In this document: in pieces, positions 39,274 to 49,091 of the stretch
Position numbering within the stretch: position 1 is the stretch's first letter
Layout: the number at the start of each line of letters is the position of its first letter
Translations under genes and position numbers: made by a program
Notes under the pieces: model-generated
The model's database searches: none
Told to the model about the DNA's origin: nothing
Seen by the model: the letters and a program-made list of their open reading frames with translations, nothing else
Source: Patescibacteria group bacterium
GTDB taxonomy: Bacteria; Patescibacteriota; Patescibacteriia; JAQUQO01
DNA length: 64,000 nt
Reading direction: 5' to 3'
Assembly (NCBI GenBank): GCA_028716045.1
Contig: JAQUQO010000001.1
Location: forward strand, 452,096-516,095

Positions 39274-40323
39274 TTATTTTTTCTTGAATCCGTTTAATTC
39301 AACGTAGGCCTTGCCAATGTTTTTGCCACTAGAATCCTTTACTGTACAAGCACCTTCCCAATAATCAGGCCCAACCCAGAAGTGATGCTGGGCTCTTAAT
39401 TCCTGGTCCTTAACCATGGGCTCAACAATCCATTCTTCTCCGGCGACATTTAATTTCCAGCCGCTCGGATAAAGAATGCCCGTGTGCGGACTTTTCCAAT
39501 GGTCAAGTATAGTTACTGTAAAATCATTCTGGTGAAGGTCTTTTGTTTCACCGGTTGCGTCAGTAATAGATACGTAGCTTTCTATACGGTCCTTCGCGCC
39601 GTTAATATCGTAAAGCATAATTTGCCGATTATCATCTAGTTCAATAGCAAACCACTGCCACCCTTTCTGAATTGCCTGATAAAGTTCTCCGTACTGCCTG
39701 TCAAACCAGCTTGTGCCTGTCACATTATAAGTTTTGCCGTTAACGGATATTGTTCCCGCGGTTTCCATGCCTACGCGCGAGTAATAATAAGTAAATCCTC
39801 CGGAACGGTATACGTGAGGCCCGCCTTCATAATGAACGACATCTGATTTAGTTGGTTCAAGTTTTAAATCAAGAACATAACCATCAACTTCGCTATGAAG
39901 AGTATCGTATCCACCGCTGCCGCTGGCCGTTACTTTATTACCTTTCCCGGAGCTCAAATCAAACTTGCTGGGTAATTCCTCCGGCAGACTGAAAGTCCTG
40001 ACATATTCTTTAAAATGAAATGAATTATCATCAACATCGGTAATGGCCGCCTGGATTAGCTGGTCTTTAAAAACAAAAAGCGAATCAAAGGTAAAAAAAC
40101 ATATCTCAAAACCGAATTTTTTGCCTTCTTCAGTTTGTAAATGCCCAGTCCAATACCACCACTGGACATCTTCCTCGGGTAAAAACGAGTCGTCTTGCGG
40201 AAGTTCAACCGGGCCGATTATTCCTCTGACCGGCGCAAACAACATATACGCGGTTAATGAAATTAATAATAACCAGGGCAGCCAGCAACTTATAAATACT
40301 TTTTTAAAAAAAGTTTTGAACAT
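39274..40323 (-). CDS. Secreted AttH/CrtC-like lipocalin-fold protein
   Basis: QWWYWTGHL, YYYSR, G.SWFDRQYG, GWQWF, WKSP.TG..YP.GW, YWEG, GKAYVELNG. Confidence 0.88.
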   Translation of the reverse strand: MFKTFFKKVFISCWLPWLLLISLTAYMLFAPVRGIIGPVELPQDDSFLPEEDVQWWYWTGHLQTEEGKKFGFEICFFTFDSLFVFKDQLIQAAITDVDDNSFHFKEYVRTFSLPEELPSKFDLSSGKGNKVTASGSGGYDTLHSEVDGYVLDLKLEPTKSDVVHYEGGPHVYRSGGFTYYYSRVGMETAGTISVNGKTYNVTGTSWFDRQYGELYQAIQKGWQWFAIELDDNRQIMLYDINGAKDRIESYVSITDATGETKDLHQNDFTVTILDHWKSPHTGILYPSGWKLNVAGEEWIVEPMVKDQELRAQHHFWVGPDYWEGACTVKDSSGKNIGKAYVELNGFKKK

Positions 40324-40325
40324 AC

Positions 40326-41222
40326 CTAACCTCCTTTATTTAAATTATTTTTTATTAACAAACGATCAAGACTCGGCCACAAATAACCAAGTAAGCCGAT
40401 GATAATAACAAGTGGTATGACGATGACTAACGCCTGATTTTCTAAATAGAGTTTGGTTGTGAAAAAACCAACGAGCGCCCAAAAAAATATGTATAAGGGA
40501 ACCGCTAAGATTACCCAATCTATTTTATTAAATTTGTCCATTTTTGGTATGGCGCGAATTATGGGTATGGCGCAGATTATAAAAATCATCATAGTTAAAA
40601 GCGCTTCATTGAGCCAGCTAAACCCCAAACCAATCAGCCAAAAATAACCCAGTATGGATGCCATAAAAAGAGCAAATGAGGGGATAACGGCGAAAAGGGA
40701 GATTATCGCGTCGCGCCAAGTATGGCGGCCGGTTGGGAAAAAACGGGTGAGTAATTCAAGAATAAAAAGGAATATAACAACGATGAGAAACCAGCCCACG
40801 TAATTGCTCCACGGAATTCCAAACCAGGCTTCGGGATGCGGCGGGGTCCACTGCCATAAATCCATTTTGACATACGGGGGGTCTTCCGCAAAATCAATAA
40901 TCACCGCTAAAAAACCCGCAGCCAGCGGACGCAACCACCATTTTACTTTCAATTTAATAGCCGTTAGCATGGCGGCGTAGATAATAATCCCCCACCCCAG
41001 ACAGATATTAAGCGGCACCGGGCCAGGCAGAGCAATCAAAGCATGAGGATAATAATATGGCTGCGGGATTTTGCTTACCGCGGAATATTCCGCCAAAAAA
41101 CCAAAAATTATTGCGGCCAATATCACAAAGGCATAATAAGGTTTCTTTTTCCAAGCGTGAATAAAAATGATCGCGGTTAAAATATAAGTGCCGAGTTCTA
41201 TCAAAGTAATAATTATGTTCAT
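40326..41222 (-). CDS. CruF/DUF422-like (carotenoid-hydratase family) membrane protein
   Basis: VPL.I.LGW, D...DP.....W.W, FGIPWSNYVGWF. Confidence 0.8.
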   Translation of the reverse strand: MNIIITLIELGTYILTAIIFIHAWKKKPYYAFVILAAIIFGFLAEYSAVSKIPQPYYYPHALIALPGPVPLNICLGWGIIIYAAMLTAIKLKVKWWLRPLAAGFLAVIIDFAEDPPYVKMDLWQWTPPHPEAWFGIPWSNYVGWFLIVVIFLFILELLTRFFPTGRHTWRDAIISLFAVIPSFALFMASILGYFWLIGLGFSWLNEALLTMMIFIICAIPIIRAIPKMDKFNKIDWVILAVPLYIFFWALVGFFTTKLYLENQALVIVIPLVIIIGLLGYLWPSLDRLLIKNNLNKGG

Positions 41223-41429
41223 ATTATTCCCTTTATTTTAATTCGTTAGAGAAAATTGGCGGGCACGATGCCCGCAAGTTAGAACCAAGAAAGTGGTTTA
41301 GATTAGCAGATATTGAAAGAAGTATACAGAAATTAAAAGTGATACTCAAAATTCATCCAGAATGGTTTGAGACGCCTCTTCCAGAGTCTAACAGTGGTAA
41401 AAATGAGTGGATTATGCTGTTTTGTAATA

Positions 41430-41458
41430 TTGACCAAAAAATAAAAAAGGCGTAAATT
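41430..41458 (+). promoter_or_regulatory. Sigma70-type promoter of the structured yegP-like transcript
   Basis: TTGACC-17nt-TAAATT; predicted start near 41465. Confidence 0.6.
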
Positions 41459-41467
41459 ATAGTCACT

Positions 41468-41849
41468 AGCTCCTTGAAAAGCTGGCGGGATACCTCTGGG
41501 ACCTTTTTGTGATTATTAGGTTAAGCCGCCTTTACCTCTCCTCCCTAGGAACTTTTAGTTTTTAGGGTGGGGAGTAAGCGTAAAGGTCGACCCCCTATTA
41601 ATTAATCAAAAGTAACGGAGTAAATCTATGGTCAATCCAAGATTTGTGATTTACAAAGATCGAGTTGGTTATTATCGGTGGTACCTTCAAGCTTTAAACG
41701 GCGAGAAGGTCGCTGCTAGTGAGGGTTATTCCTCAAAGCAAGTCGCTATTAACTCTGCTCATCGCGTAAAGCAAATTGCTTACTCGGCTGATATTGTGGA
41801 CTCCACAAATTAGTTGATTGAGCTTTTCCCGTCAGCTTTTCAGGGAGTT
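41468..41849 (+). other. Structured transcript: 23-bp terminal stem and leader hairpin enclosing the DUF1508 ORF
   Basis: 41468-41490 pairs with 41827-41849 (20 Watson-Crick + 3 G-U, no mismatch); hairpin at 41528-41587; T-run follows the stem. Confidence 0.7.
41628..41813 (+). CDS. YegP/DUF1508 family small protein
   Basis: FVIYKD..G.YRW.L.A.NGE.VA.SEGY.SK..A; GGAG upstream. Confidence 0.9.
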   Translation: MVNPRFVIYKDRVGYYRWYLQALNGEKVAASEGYSSKQVAINSAHRVKQIAYSADIVDSTN

Positions 41850-41932
41850 TTTGTTTAAGATATTTGGAATATAACAACCTTTTATATAATTTTCTACAAA
41901 CTCCCACTTGGAGGGCTTTAGAGTCGATTGGA

Positions 41933-42706
41933 TTATACTAAGATCGTATTTATAATTTGCAAAATATCATGTCTATGGCTCTTGGACAGAATGCCGAACA
42001 TTTTTAGCATTTCCAAAAATACTTTGATGTTGTTTCCTGAGATTTCAAAATAGGCAGTTTCTTTTGTTTCAGCACATCGTCCGATTAAATTATTTTTTGT
42101 TTTTAATTCCGTGATTGGAAAACACAAATACAGCATCGGTTGCGTACCGACTGCGTATTGTTTTTCGGTAATTTTTATTTCGGTAATTATTTCGTATCCA
42201 TTAAATTTGTAAATTAAAAGAGGGTATTTAACCTGAGTATATTCAAAATCAAATCCATTTATAATTTTTCCAATCGGATGACTACGATCAATTTGTAACT
42301 CAGAATTATTATCGATCAAATCATGATCTTGTATTGAATTAAGATAAGTAATAACACTTTCCAATTCTTCTCTGGCGATAACATTCCATTTATAGAAATA
42401 CCAAATATATTCTGATAATTCATAAAGCGCTTTGACCTTTCCATTTGCCCCAATAAACTCGGTTTCAGGTAGCGATGATTCTGCGAGCTTTTCCGTTTCC
42501 TTTTTAACCACATCATAGCCGATTTGCCATTCAACGTAATTACTTAAAGCAAATCCGTCACGTTTAACCGCAACCGGCGTTCCATATTCATTCAAGATTG
42601 ATCGATTTTTAATGCGAATCTTTCCACTAACGGCGGTCAATAAAATTGGTATTTCTATTGTGTGTTCGTGTTTTTTAATTAAAATTTGTGGCATATTTTT
42701 TCCCAA
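41933..42706 (-). CDS. R.PabI-family (HALFPIPE) restriction DNA glycosylase
   Basis: GKIRIK.R, YVEWQIGYD, LYELSE, QPMLY, FGILS..HRHDI. Confidence 0.85.
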   Translation of the reverse strand: MGKNMPQILIKKHEHTIEIPILLTAVSGKIRIKNRSILNEYGTPVAVKRDGFALSNYVEWQIGYDVVKKETEKLAESSLPETEFIGANGKVKALYELSEYIWYFYKWNVIAREELESVITYLNSIQDHDLIDNNSELQIDRSHPIGKIINGFDFEYTQVKYPLLIYKFNGYEIITEIKITEKQYAVGTQPMLYLCFPITELKTKNNLIGRCAETKETAYFEISGNNIKVFLEMLKMFGILSKSHRHDILQIINTILV

Positions 42707-43847
42707 ATTTATTTCCTAACAATTCTCTAAAATAGTTATCTATTTTTAGTTTAGCGTCAGGAATTTCTCTAAATTTAAATTTACTTTTTAAAATTGGATT
42801 TGTGTGAATACTCTGAGCAATAAAGCATTCTTTTATTTCATTAAATTTTTTATTATCAATTATCACATCGCAGTTCCCAATAAAATATGGCATTTTGTCT
42901 GTGTATTGCTTGAAGACGTCAATATAACAATAATAAGGAAGCTTTTCCATTAATACATACACTGTGTTATAGGTATCCGAATCGATAAAAGTTCGATTTC
43001 GCTTTAGGGCGTTTATATCTCTTAAGGTCCAAAATTTTGCGACTGGCCTATCATTTTTATTTAAACATTTTTTATTGGGATACTTTTGAACATAGTTAAC
43101 TATAGTATCAAAATCTCTTAAGCGAAAAAGCCCATCGTCTTTTACTTTAAATTGATAATCTTGAATATAATTGTAGGTCATTCCATTTTGGTCTTTTTTG
43201 TAAAGAGCTATCAAGATTGGGAAAGCCATTCCGCGAGAAGTATCAGAAAATTCATGACTGCTTATGATTACTCCGTCAATTAATTTATAGTTTTGGGAAA
43301 ATTTTGAGAGTAAGGCAAAATTGGCTTTCTTAATCAAATAAGACAAGGGGTGTAAGACGCAAACATAATCCGCCTGAAGTTTATCGTAAGAAAGCAAAAA
43401 TGACATCCCTAGGTCCCTGGTTTTTATATCAGAATCAATTTTATCTTGAACAGAAACATCTTTTATGGAATTACGAATTATAGATGTAGTATCATTGTAT
43501 GGTGGATTGCCTATAGCTATAAGTTTTTCTTCGTTTTTGATAATTAAATTCTTACGGCTAACATTTAAGAGAGAATTTTGACAGATGAAATCTACATTAC
43601 CGATCCTTTTTTTTGCTTCGGCGATAGCTTTTTTATCAACATCAACACCAACTAATCTCTTTGCAATACCATTTTTTGCTAAAAATGAGCCATAACCACA
43701 TGACGAATCCAAAATTGTAAAGTCTTTAATGTTGGTAATATTTTTCTGCAAAATAGAATAAGCCAAATCAACAATAATCTCCGGCGTATAATAAGAGCCG
43801 AGATTGACAGTGTCTATATAATTTAGATGTTTTTGATTCCTATTCAT
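42675..43847 (-). CDS. N6-adenine DNA methyltransferase, M.PabI-like
   Basis: LGSYYTP, LDSSCGYGSF, GNPPYND, VLHPLSYLIK; true start at ATG 43847 (the longer ORF call runs through tRNA-Ser). Confidence 0.9.
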   Translation of the reverse strand: MNRNQKHLNYIDTVNLGSYYTPEIIVDLAYSILQKNITNIKDFTILDSSCGYGSFLAKNGIAKRLVGVDVDKKAIAEAKKRIGNVDFICQNSLLNVSRKNLIIKNEEKLIAIGNPPYNDTTSIIRNSIKDVSVQDKIDSDIKTRDLGMSFLLSYDKLQADYVCVLHPLSYLIKKANFALLSKFSQNYKLIDGVIISSHEFSDTSRGMAFPILIALYKKDQNGMTYNYIQDYQFKVKDDGLFRLRDFDTIVNYVQKYPNKKCLNKNDRPVAKFWTLRDINALKRNRTFIDSDTYNTVYVLMEKLPYYCYIDVFKQYTDKMPYFIGNCDVIIDNKKFNEIKECFIAQSIHTNPILKSKFKFREIPDAKLKIDNYFRELLGNKFGKKYATNFN

Positions 43848-43950
43848 GGTTTTATTATACCAGCTTTTTCTAATATTGATAAGTTTTAGAAAAACCGGCA
43901 TCTTTGGTGGATACCGGCTTTCAAGCGTCAAAAATCCTAATTCTGAAACT

Positions 43951-44038
43951 TGGCGGAGAGGGAGGGATTTGAACCCTCGATACCTTGCGGCATACTCGCT
44001 TTCCAAGCGAGCGCACTCGACCACTATGCGACCTCTCC
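43951..44038 (-). tRNA. tRNA-Ser (GGA) with long variable arm and encoded CCA
   Basis: GGAGAGGTCGCATAGTGGTCGAGTGCGCTCGCTT-GGA-AAGCGAGTATGCCGCAAGGTATCGAGGGTTCAAATCCCTCCCTCTCCGCCA. Confidence 0.97.
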
Positions 44039-44139
44039 AAAAAAATACTAAAATATCCTAAAACCAAACGTAAAAAATAAATAAGGATAAGTGTAAAACT
44101 TATCCTTATTTTAATATCTTATTTAAAATTAGTCAAACC

Positions 44140-44895
44140 TTATAGCTTACTGTCAATTATGGATTTTAACGTTTCATACGGAACCGCGCCGGAAACCAGC
44201 TCACCATTGATGAAGCTCGCCGGAGTGCCCTTTACGCCAGCGGTGGCGCCGGCTTCCATCTGGTCATTAACCTTTTGGGTGTATTTCCCGACGGCCAAAC
44301 AATCATTAAATTTTTTGGCATCAAGTTTTAAATCACTGACTAACTGGGTATAGAGCGTGTCGCCCAAAGTGTCTTGCTTAGCGAATAAGCCATCGGCATA
44401 CTCCCAAAATTTTCCCTGCTCCGCGGCGCATTCCGAGGCCTCGGCTGACTTTTGAGCATGCTCATGAAAAGACAGCGGGAAATGGCGGAAAACGAAACGA
44501 ACTCTGTCTTTATATTCCTCGCGCGCCTTGATGAGCGACTGCTGAAAACGCCCGCAGAAAGGGCATTCAAAATCGTCATAAGTGATAACCGTCACCTTGG
44601 CGTTGGCCGGACCTTGAATATGGTCAGCGGCGGAAACTTCCGGAACCGGAGCATTTTGAACCTCTTCTTCTTCGCTCGGAGGAGCAGTCGGAGCCTGATT
44701 ATCATCGGCCGCGGCTACTTTGTCAGAATCTGCCGAAGAATCGGCTGGCGAGGCCTTAACCCCGCTATTCCACATAAAAACCAAAACCGCTACAAAAGCG
44801 ATAAAGGAAATCGCGGCAATGCCGATAAAAAGGCCCAAGAGAAAACTGTGTTTCGGCCCAGACCCTTCAAAAAAATCTTTTTTATCTTCTGACAT
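44140..44895 (-). CDS. DsbA-family thioredoxin-fold protein
   Basis: DFECPFC, FRHFPL, GVKGTP.SFING. Confidence 0.93.
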   Translation of the reverse strand: MSEDKKDFFEGSGPKHSFLLGLFIGIAAISFIAFVAVLVFMWNSGVKASPADSSADSDKVAAADDNQAPTAPPSEEEEVQNAPVPEVSAADHIQGPANAKVTVITYDDFECPFCGRFQQSLIKAREEYKDRVRFVFRHFPLSFHEHAQKSAEASECAAEQGKFWEYADGLFAKQDTLGDTLYTQLVSDLKLDAKKFNDCLAVGKYTQKVNDQMEAGATAGVKGTPASFINGELVSGAVPYETLKSIIDSKL

Positions 44896-44970
44896 ATTTT
44901 TAATAGTTTATTAATTATTATAAAGAATAATTAGTTCTTTTTATTCTAACACTTTAAAAAGATTTGTCAA

Positions 44971-44996
44971 GACCCGTCAGTCGCGACTAACGGGTC
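44971..44996. repeat. Intergenic palindrome with partial tandem copy
   Basis: GACCCGTCAGTCGCGACTAACGGGTC followed by AAGGCCCGTCGAGTCG. Confidence 0.6.
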
Positions 44997-45012
44997 AAGG
45001 CCCGTCGAGTCG

Positions 45013-46269
45013 TTATTTTTTGAAAAACAATTTGATATTATTCCAGATATTTTTTACTTTCCTGTTATCCAAGAAAACAAACCCCGCTCCGGCGGCGGCC
45101 AACGCCAGCAGTACCGCCAAAATGACCCACAGTTTCCAATTGGCAAAATTGAAAAAACTGACACTTACCTCTATTTTACTCGTCGCCGTTCTTCCTTCAG
45201 AATCAGCAACTGTCAAAGTCACAGTGTAATCGCCGTGTCCCGGAAATGAGTGTCTGGCAATCTTTTCCGTGGAAACTTTTCCGTCACCAAAATTCCATTC
45301 ATAACCCATTTCTTCCGCCTCGCCGATATTCAAGTAGGGAGAAAATTCAAAAGTGCGCCAGTTTATTTCCTTTACGCTGATATCAGCTTCGGCCAAAGAA
45401 AAATTCTCCAAAGGATGAAGCTCACCCGAGGTTGCCGATTCTTCGCCACTGATATTCTCCGCGCCACCTTCATTCCCGGCCGCGGACGCCGCATTTTCAT
45501 TGCCGGCATCTTCCGATTCTTCTTCGGTTAAAGCCGGTGGCGGAATAGGAGTATTATCTGCCGGCGGTGAAACGGGAAGAGTCGGCGGAGAAGGCGGACG
45601 ATTATTGGGGTCCAAAGGATACGGGTCCACATTATCATTCAAACCATCGCCGTCGCTGTCGGGATTAGTCGGACTTGTGCCTCCCCCGCCCTCCTGATTA
45701 TCCGGCACTCCGTCATTATCATCATCGGCATCGCAGGCATCACCCAAACCGTCATGGTCATTATCCGCCTGATTGGCATTGCCAACCGTGGGACAATTAT
45801 CGCTGGTATCGGAGATTCCATCGCCGTCGGTATCTAGCAACGGTTCAAATAATCCGGAAATGGCCGTGTCGTTGCTCGAATTTTCATCGCGAGGGGCCTG
45901 ACCTTGGATAGTGGCACGGATATTGAATTTGCCGGTAGGCACCACCCAGTCCACGTAAACTTCATCGCTTAAACCTTCGGCCCTGACTGATACTACCTGC
46001 GAATCGCCGATAAGTTTGTCGCCGGCATAAAAAGTCACATAACCCGAAACATCCTCCGCCCCGTAATTATGAATAACGGCGTATAAACGAATCGACTCTC
46101 CGGAAATTATCTCCTTTTTTGAAAAAAATATATCGGGACTGTTAAGGCCGACGTCGTAAGTATAATCGGCGGCCGAAAGAACACCCGAAAAAAATAGACA
46201 TCCCGAGATTAGCAAGCCAAGACCTAAAAACAAACTAAAACTTTTAAAAAGTTTAATGTTTGATTTCAT
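45013..46269 (-). CDS. Surface protein with CARDB-like, thrombospondin type-3 repeat and PKD domains and a C-terminal TM
   Basis: [13 protein letters not shown]...[16 protein letters not shown]; YEWNFGDG...G.YTVTLTV.D; start approximated at MKSNIK. Confidence 0.88.
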   Translation of the reverse strand: MKSNIKLFKSFSLFLGLGLLISGCLFFSGVLSAADYTYDVGLNSPDIFFSKKEIISGESIRLYAVIHNYGAEDVSGYVTFYAGDKLIGDSQVVSVRAEGLSDEVYVDWVVPTGKFNIRATIQGQAPRDENSSNDTAISGLFEPLLDTDGDGISDTSDNCPTVGNANQADNDHDGLGDACDADDDNDGVPDNQEGGGGTSPTNPDSDGDGLNDNVDPYPLDPNNRPPSPPTLPVSPPADNTPIPPPALTEEESEDAGNENAASAAGNEGGAENISGEESATSGELHPLENFSLAEADISVKEINWRTFEFSPYLNIGEAEEMGYEWNFGDGKVSTEKIARHSFPGHGDYTVTLTVADSEGRTATSKIEVSVSFFNFANWKLWVILAVLLALAAAGAGFVFLDNRKVKNIWNNIKLFFKK

Positions 46270-46339
46270 AATTTTATAATTTATTACCATTTTATTATAC
46301 CACAAAAGGAGCGTAAAATCACAAAATTTGGAAAAGTTT

Positions 46340-47092
46340 TTATAATTTCTTCCTTTTGTAAAAGAAATACAGGCCGAGAAAAATCATCACTAGGCTCAAA
46401 TACTGCGCGGGAGTGAGATAATGCCAACGGAAATCGCTCCCGGGTAAATCCCAAGCCCGCAAAAAATCCGATAAAAATCGCACCGCGCCGAACCAAATAA
46501 AAAATACCGAAAGATAAAAACCCCGGGAACGTTCACGCCTCCGCAAAAACAAAAAAAATAAAAATAAAATCAGATTGCTAAGCGCCAAGATGAGCCCCAA
46601 ATCATAGCGCGCGCCGACGGGATACGCCACCCCCAAAAATGAATCGGTTAAAATACCCGGGTGGTCATGAATAAAGAAACAGCCAATCCGACCGAAAAAA
46701 AGACCAAGCGGCAGAAAAAAAATAAAAATATCCGCCCATTCCCAAAAATTCAAATTGTGACGGCGGATAAAAATAATGGCGACGGCGAAAGCGCCGGCTA
46801 AGCCGCCGAAAAGTGACATCCCTCCCTGCCAAATTTTTAAAATATCCCAGAGGTTTTTACTGTAATAACCCCATTCGTAAAAAACGATATGGAAAATTCT
46901 GCCGCCGATTAAAGCGGCGACCACTACCCAAAAAAATAAATCCCAAAATTTTTTCAAAGACAATGATTTACTCTTGGCCTCTCGGTACGCGCCAAATCCG
47001 GCGATAACAATTCCCAGCGCCGCCAGCAAACCCCAAAATTGTATTTCTACCGGCCAAAAATTTATCGTAGTAATTTTTATGTAAGGAAGCAT
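46340..47092 (-). CDS. lgt: Prolipoprotein diacylglyceryl transferase
   Basis: [35 protein letters not shown]. Confidence 0.9.
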   Translation of the reverse strand: MLPYIKITTINFWPVEIQFWGLLAALGIVIAGFGAYREAKSKSLSLKKFWDLFFWVVVAALIGGRIFHIVFYEWGYYSKNLWDILKIWQGGMSLFGGLAGAFAVAIIFIRRHNLNFWEWADIFIFFLPLGLFFGRIGCFFIHDHPGILTDSFLGVAYPVGARYDLGLILALSNLILFLFFLFLRRRERSRGFYLSVFFIWFGAVRFLSDFLRAWDLPGSDFRWHYLTPAQYLSLVMIFLGLYFFYKRKKL

Positions 47093-47142
47093 AGATGGCA
47101 AACGGCTTACCGCTTATTGTTGATAGCTGATAGTGATAAGAG

Positions 47143-47607
47143 TTAAAGAGCGCCGAGAACTTCTAACGCCTTTCTAAATTCTTTTAACGCCCTGTCCGCG
47201 GTGCGATGATCTAAGTGAAATGAGGACTCGTGCGCCAGCTGATTGCGAATCTTATGAGCAAACCAGACATCTTTTATTTTGGGATATTTATAGGAAGCGA
47301 ATTTTAACCGCTCTCCCATAGTGCTCCCGGGAAGATAAAGCATTCTAAAAACATCGTCCAAAAGCTTATCCGCTTCCATTACCGCAATTTTGGCGCTCAT
47401 TTCCCCCATTTGCCCGGCTAGCGTTTCTATTTCTTTCCACCGCGCCGCGATTTTCTCGTGGCTAAGTCCCTCGCGGCCAAAACGCAAACGGTTAAAATAC
47501 CTTTGGATGTTTTTATAAGCGAGATAGCAAAAAAGAATAAACACAATCGCGCCGATTATGCCGGCGACAATTTTTATAATGAAAAATGTCTGACTTAGGG
47601 TTTCCAT
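47143..47607 (-). CDS. Conserved hypothetical membrane-anchored protein
   Basis: AVMEADKLLD...G.TMGERLK...W.AHKIRN.LAHE; start at METLSQ. Confidence 0.8.
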   Translation of the reverse strand: METLSQTFFIIKIVAGIIGAIVFILFCYLAYKNIQRYFNRLRFGREGLSHEKIAARWKEIETLAGQMGEMSAKIAVMEADKLLDDVFRMLYLPGSTMGERLKFASYKYPKIKDVWFAHKIRNQLAHESSFHLDHRTADRALKEFRKALEVLGAL

Positions 47608-47611
47608 AAAA

Positions 47612-49075
47612 TTAAAATGGTTTCTTTTTATGATAATCCGTCGCCTGCTCAAAATTATAGGCGACATTTAAAATTCTTTCCTCGCCAAGCCGCGGGCCGA
47701 TGATTTGGATGCCGATAGGCAGACTATCAGAACTAAATCCCGCCGGAACGGAAATGGCGCACATCCCCGCCACGCTGGCCGGAGAAACAAAGACATCGGC
47801 AAGATACATGGCCAGCGGGTCAGTAATTTTTTCGCCGATGGTAAAGGGCGGCGTGGGCGCGGTGGGCGTTAAAAGCACATCCACGTCTAAAAATGTTTTC
47901 TCAAAATCTTGTTTGATTAAAGTGCGCACTTTTTGCGCTTTGAGATAATAGGCATCATAATATCCGGCGGACAAAGCGTAAGTGCCGATCATAATGCGGC
48001 GTTTTACTTCAGCCGGCAGGCCGGCGGCTCGGGAAAGAGTGTAAATTTCTTCCAAGTCCCCCGCTTTGGGAGAGCGAACTCCGTAACGGACGCCGTCAAA
48101 TCGCGCCAAATTAGTGCTGTCTTCCGAAGGTACAACGATATAGTAAACCGGCACCGCGTATTCAGTATGCGGCAAAGATACCTCTTTGATTTTAGCTCCC
48201 AGCTCTTCAAATTGTTTCACCGCCTGTTCCAAAACTCTTTTCACTTCTTTATCCATATCATAATCAAGGTATTCTTTGGGTAAACCGATTTTTATTCCCT
48301 TAAGCCCATCCTCCTTTAAAAATTTTGTGTAATCAGGAACTTTGTCCGGCACTGTGGTGGAGTCGGCCGGGTCAATGCCTGCCATGGCTTCCAACACGGC
48401 CGCTGCGTCAAAAACATTTTTAGTGATAGGACCGACCGTATCCAGCGAAGAAGCCATAGGCATAATGCCATAACGGGAATTTCGGCCATAACTTACTTTT
48501 AAACCCACAGTATTGCAAAAAGAAGACGGCTGACGGATGGAACCGCCCGTGTCTTCGCCAATGGAATAAATAGCCATCTCCGCCGCCACGGCCGCCGCCG
48601 AGCCGCCGGAAGAACCCCCGGCCACACGCGTCGGCTTCCAGGGATTGCGTACCGGACCATAGTCGGAATTTTCATTGGACGCGCCATGACCAAAAGCGTC
48701 GCAATTATTTTTACCAATGATAATCCCGCCCCGCTCTTTCAGGCGATTGATGACCGTGGCGTCAAAAGGAGGAATATAATTATCTAAAATTTTGGCGGCG
48801 GCGGTGGAGCGGATTCCCTTGGTGCAAATGGCGTCTTTGACGGCAAAAGGAATACCGGAGAGTAAATCAATTTTCTCGCCGGCTTTTATTTTCTTATCAA
48901 TTTCTTCCGCGTCCGCTAAGGCCTCCTTTTCGGCCACGGTAATAAAAGAATTAATTTCTTTATCGTGTTTTTTTATCTGCCCCAAACACGCCCGAACCAA
49001 TTCTTCCGAAGAAAAGTCTTTTTTCTTTAATCCCTCGTGCGCTTCTTTAATTGTAAGTTGGTTTAATTTCACCAT
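47612..49075 (-). CDS. gatA: Asp/Glu-tRNA amidotransferase subunit A
   Basis: GGSSGGSAAAVA, DTGGSIRQP, RFDGVRYG, EVKRRIMIGTYALSAGYYDAYY. Confidence 0.97.
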   Translation of the reverse strand: MVKLNQLTIKEAHEGLKKKDFSSEELVRACLGQIKKHDKEINSFITVAEKEALADAEEIDKKIKAGEKIDLLSGIPFAVKDAICTKGIRSTAAAKILDNYIPPFDATVINRLKERGGIIIGKNNCDAFGHGASNENSDYGPVRNPWKPTRVAGGSSGGSAAAVAAEMAIYSIGEDTGGSIRQPSSFCNTVGLKVSYGRNSRYGIMPMASSLDTVGPITKNVFDAAAVLEAMAGIDPADSTTVPDKVPDYTKFLKEDGLKGIKIGLPKEYLDYDMDKEVKRVLEQAVKQFEELGAKIKEVSLPHTEYAVPVYYIVVPSEDSTNLARFDGVRYGVRSPKAGDLEEIYTLSRAAGLPAEVKRRIMIGTYALSAGYYDAYYLKAQKVRTLIKQDFEKTFLDVDVLLTPTAPTPPFTIGEKITDPLAMYLADVFVSPASVAGMCAISVPAGFSSDSLPIGIQIIGPRLGEERILNVAYNFEQATDYHKKKPF

Positions 49076-49091
49076 AGCTAAAAGCTACCCG

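Noticed and set aside
16200-43950. attL/attR duplications of the tRNA-Asn or tRNA-Ser 3' ends
   Set aside because: No convincing second copy found by eye, so island boundaries are not defined
43848-44024. N-terminal extension of the 449-aa MTase ORF
   Set aside because: It runs through tRNA-Ser; an extended -10 sits 6 nt before ATG 43847
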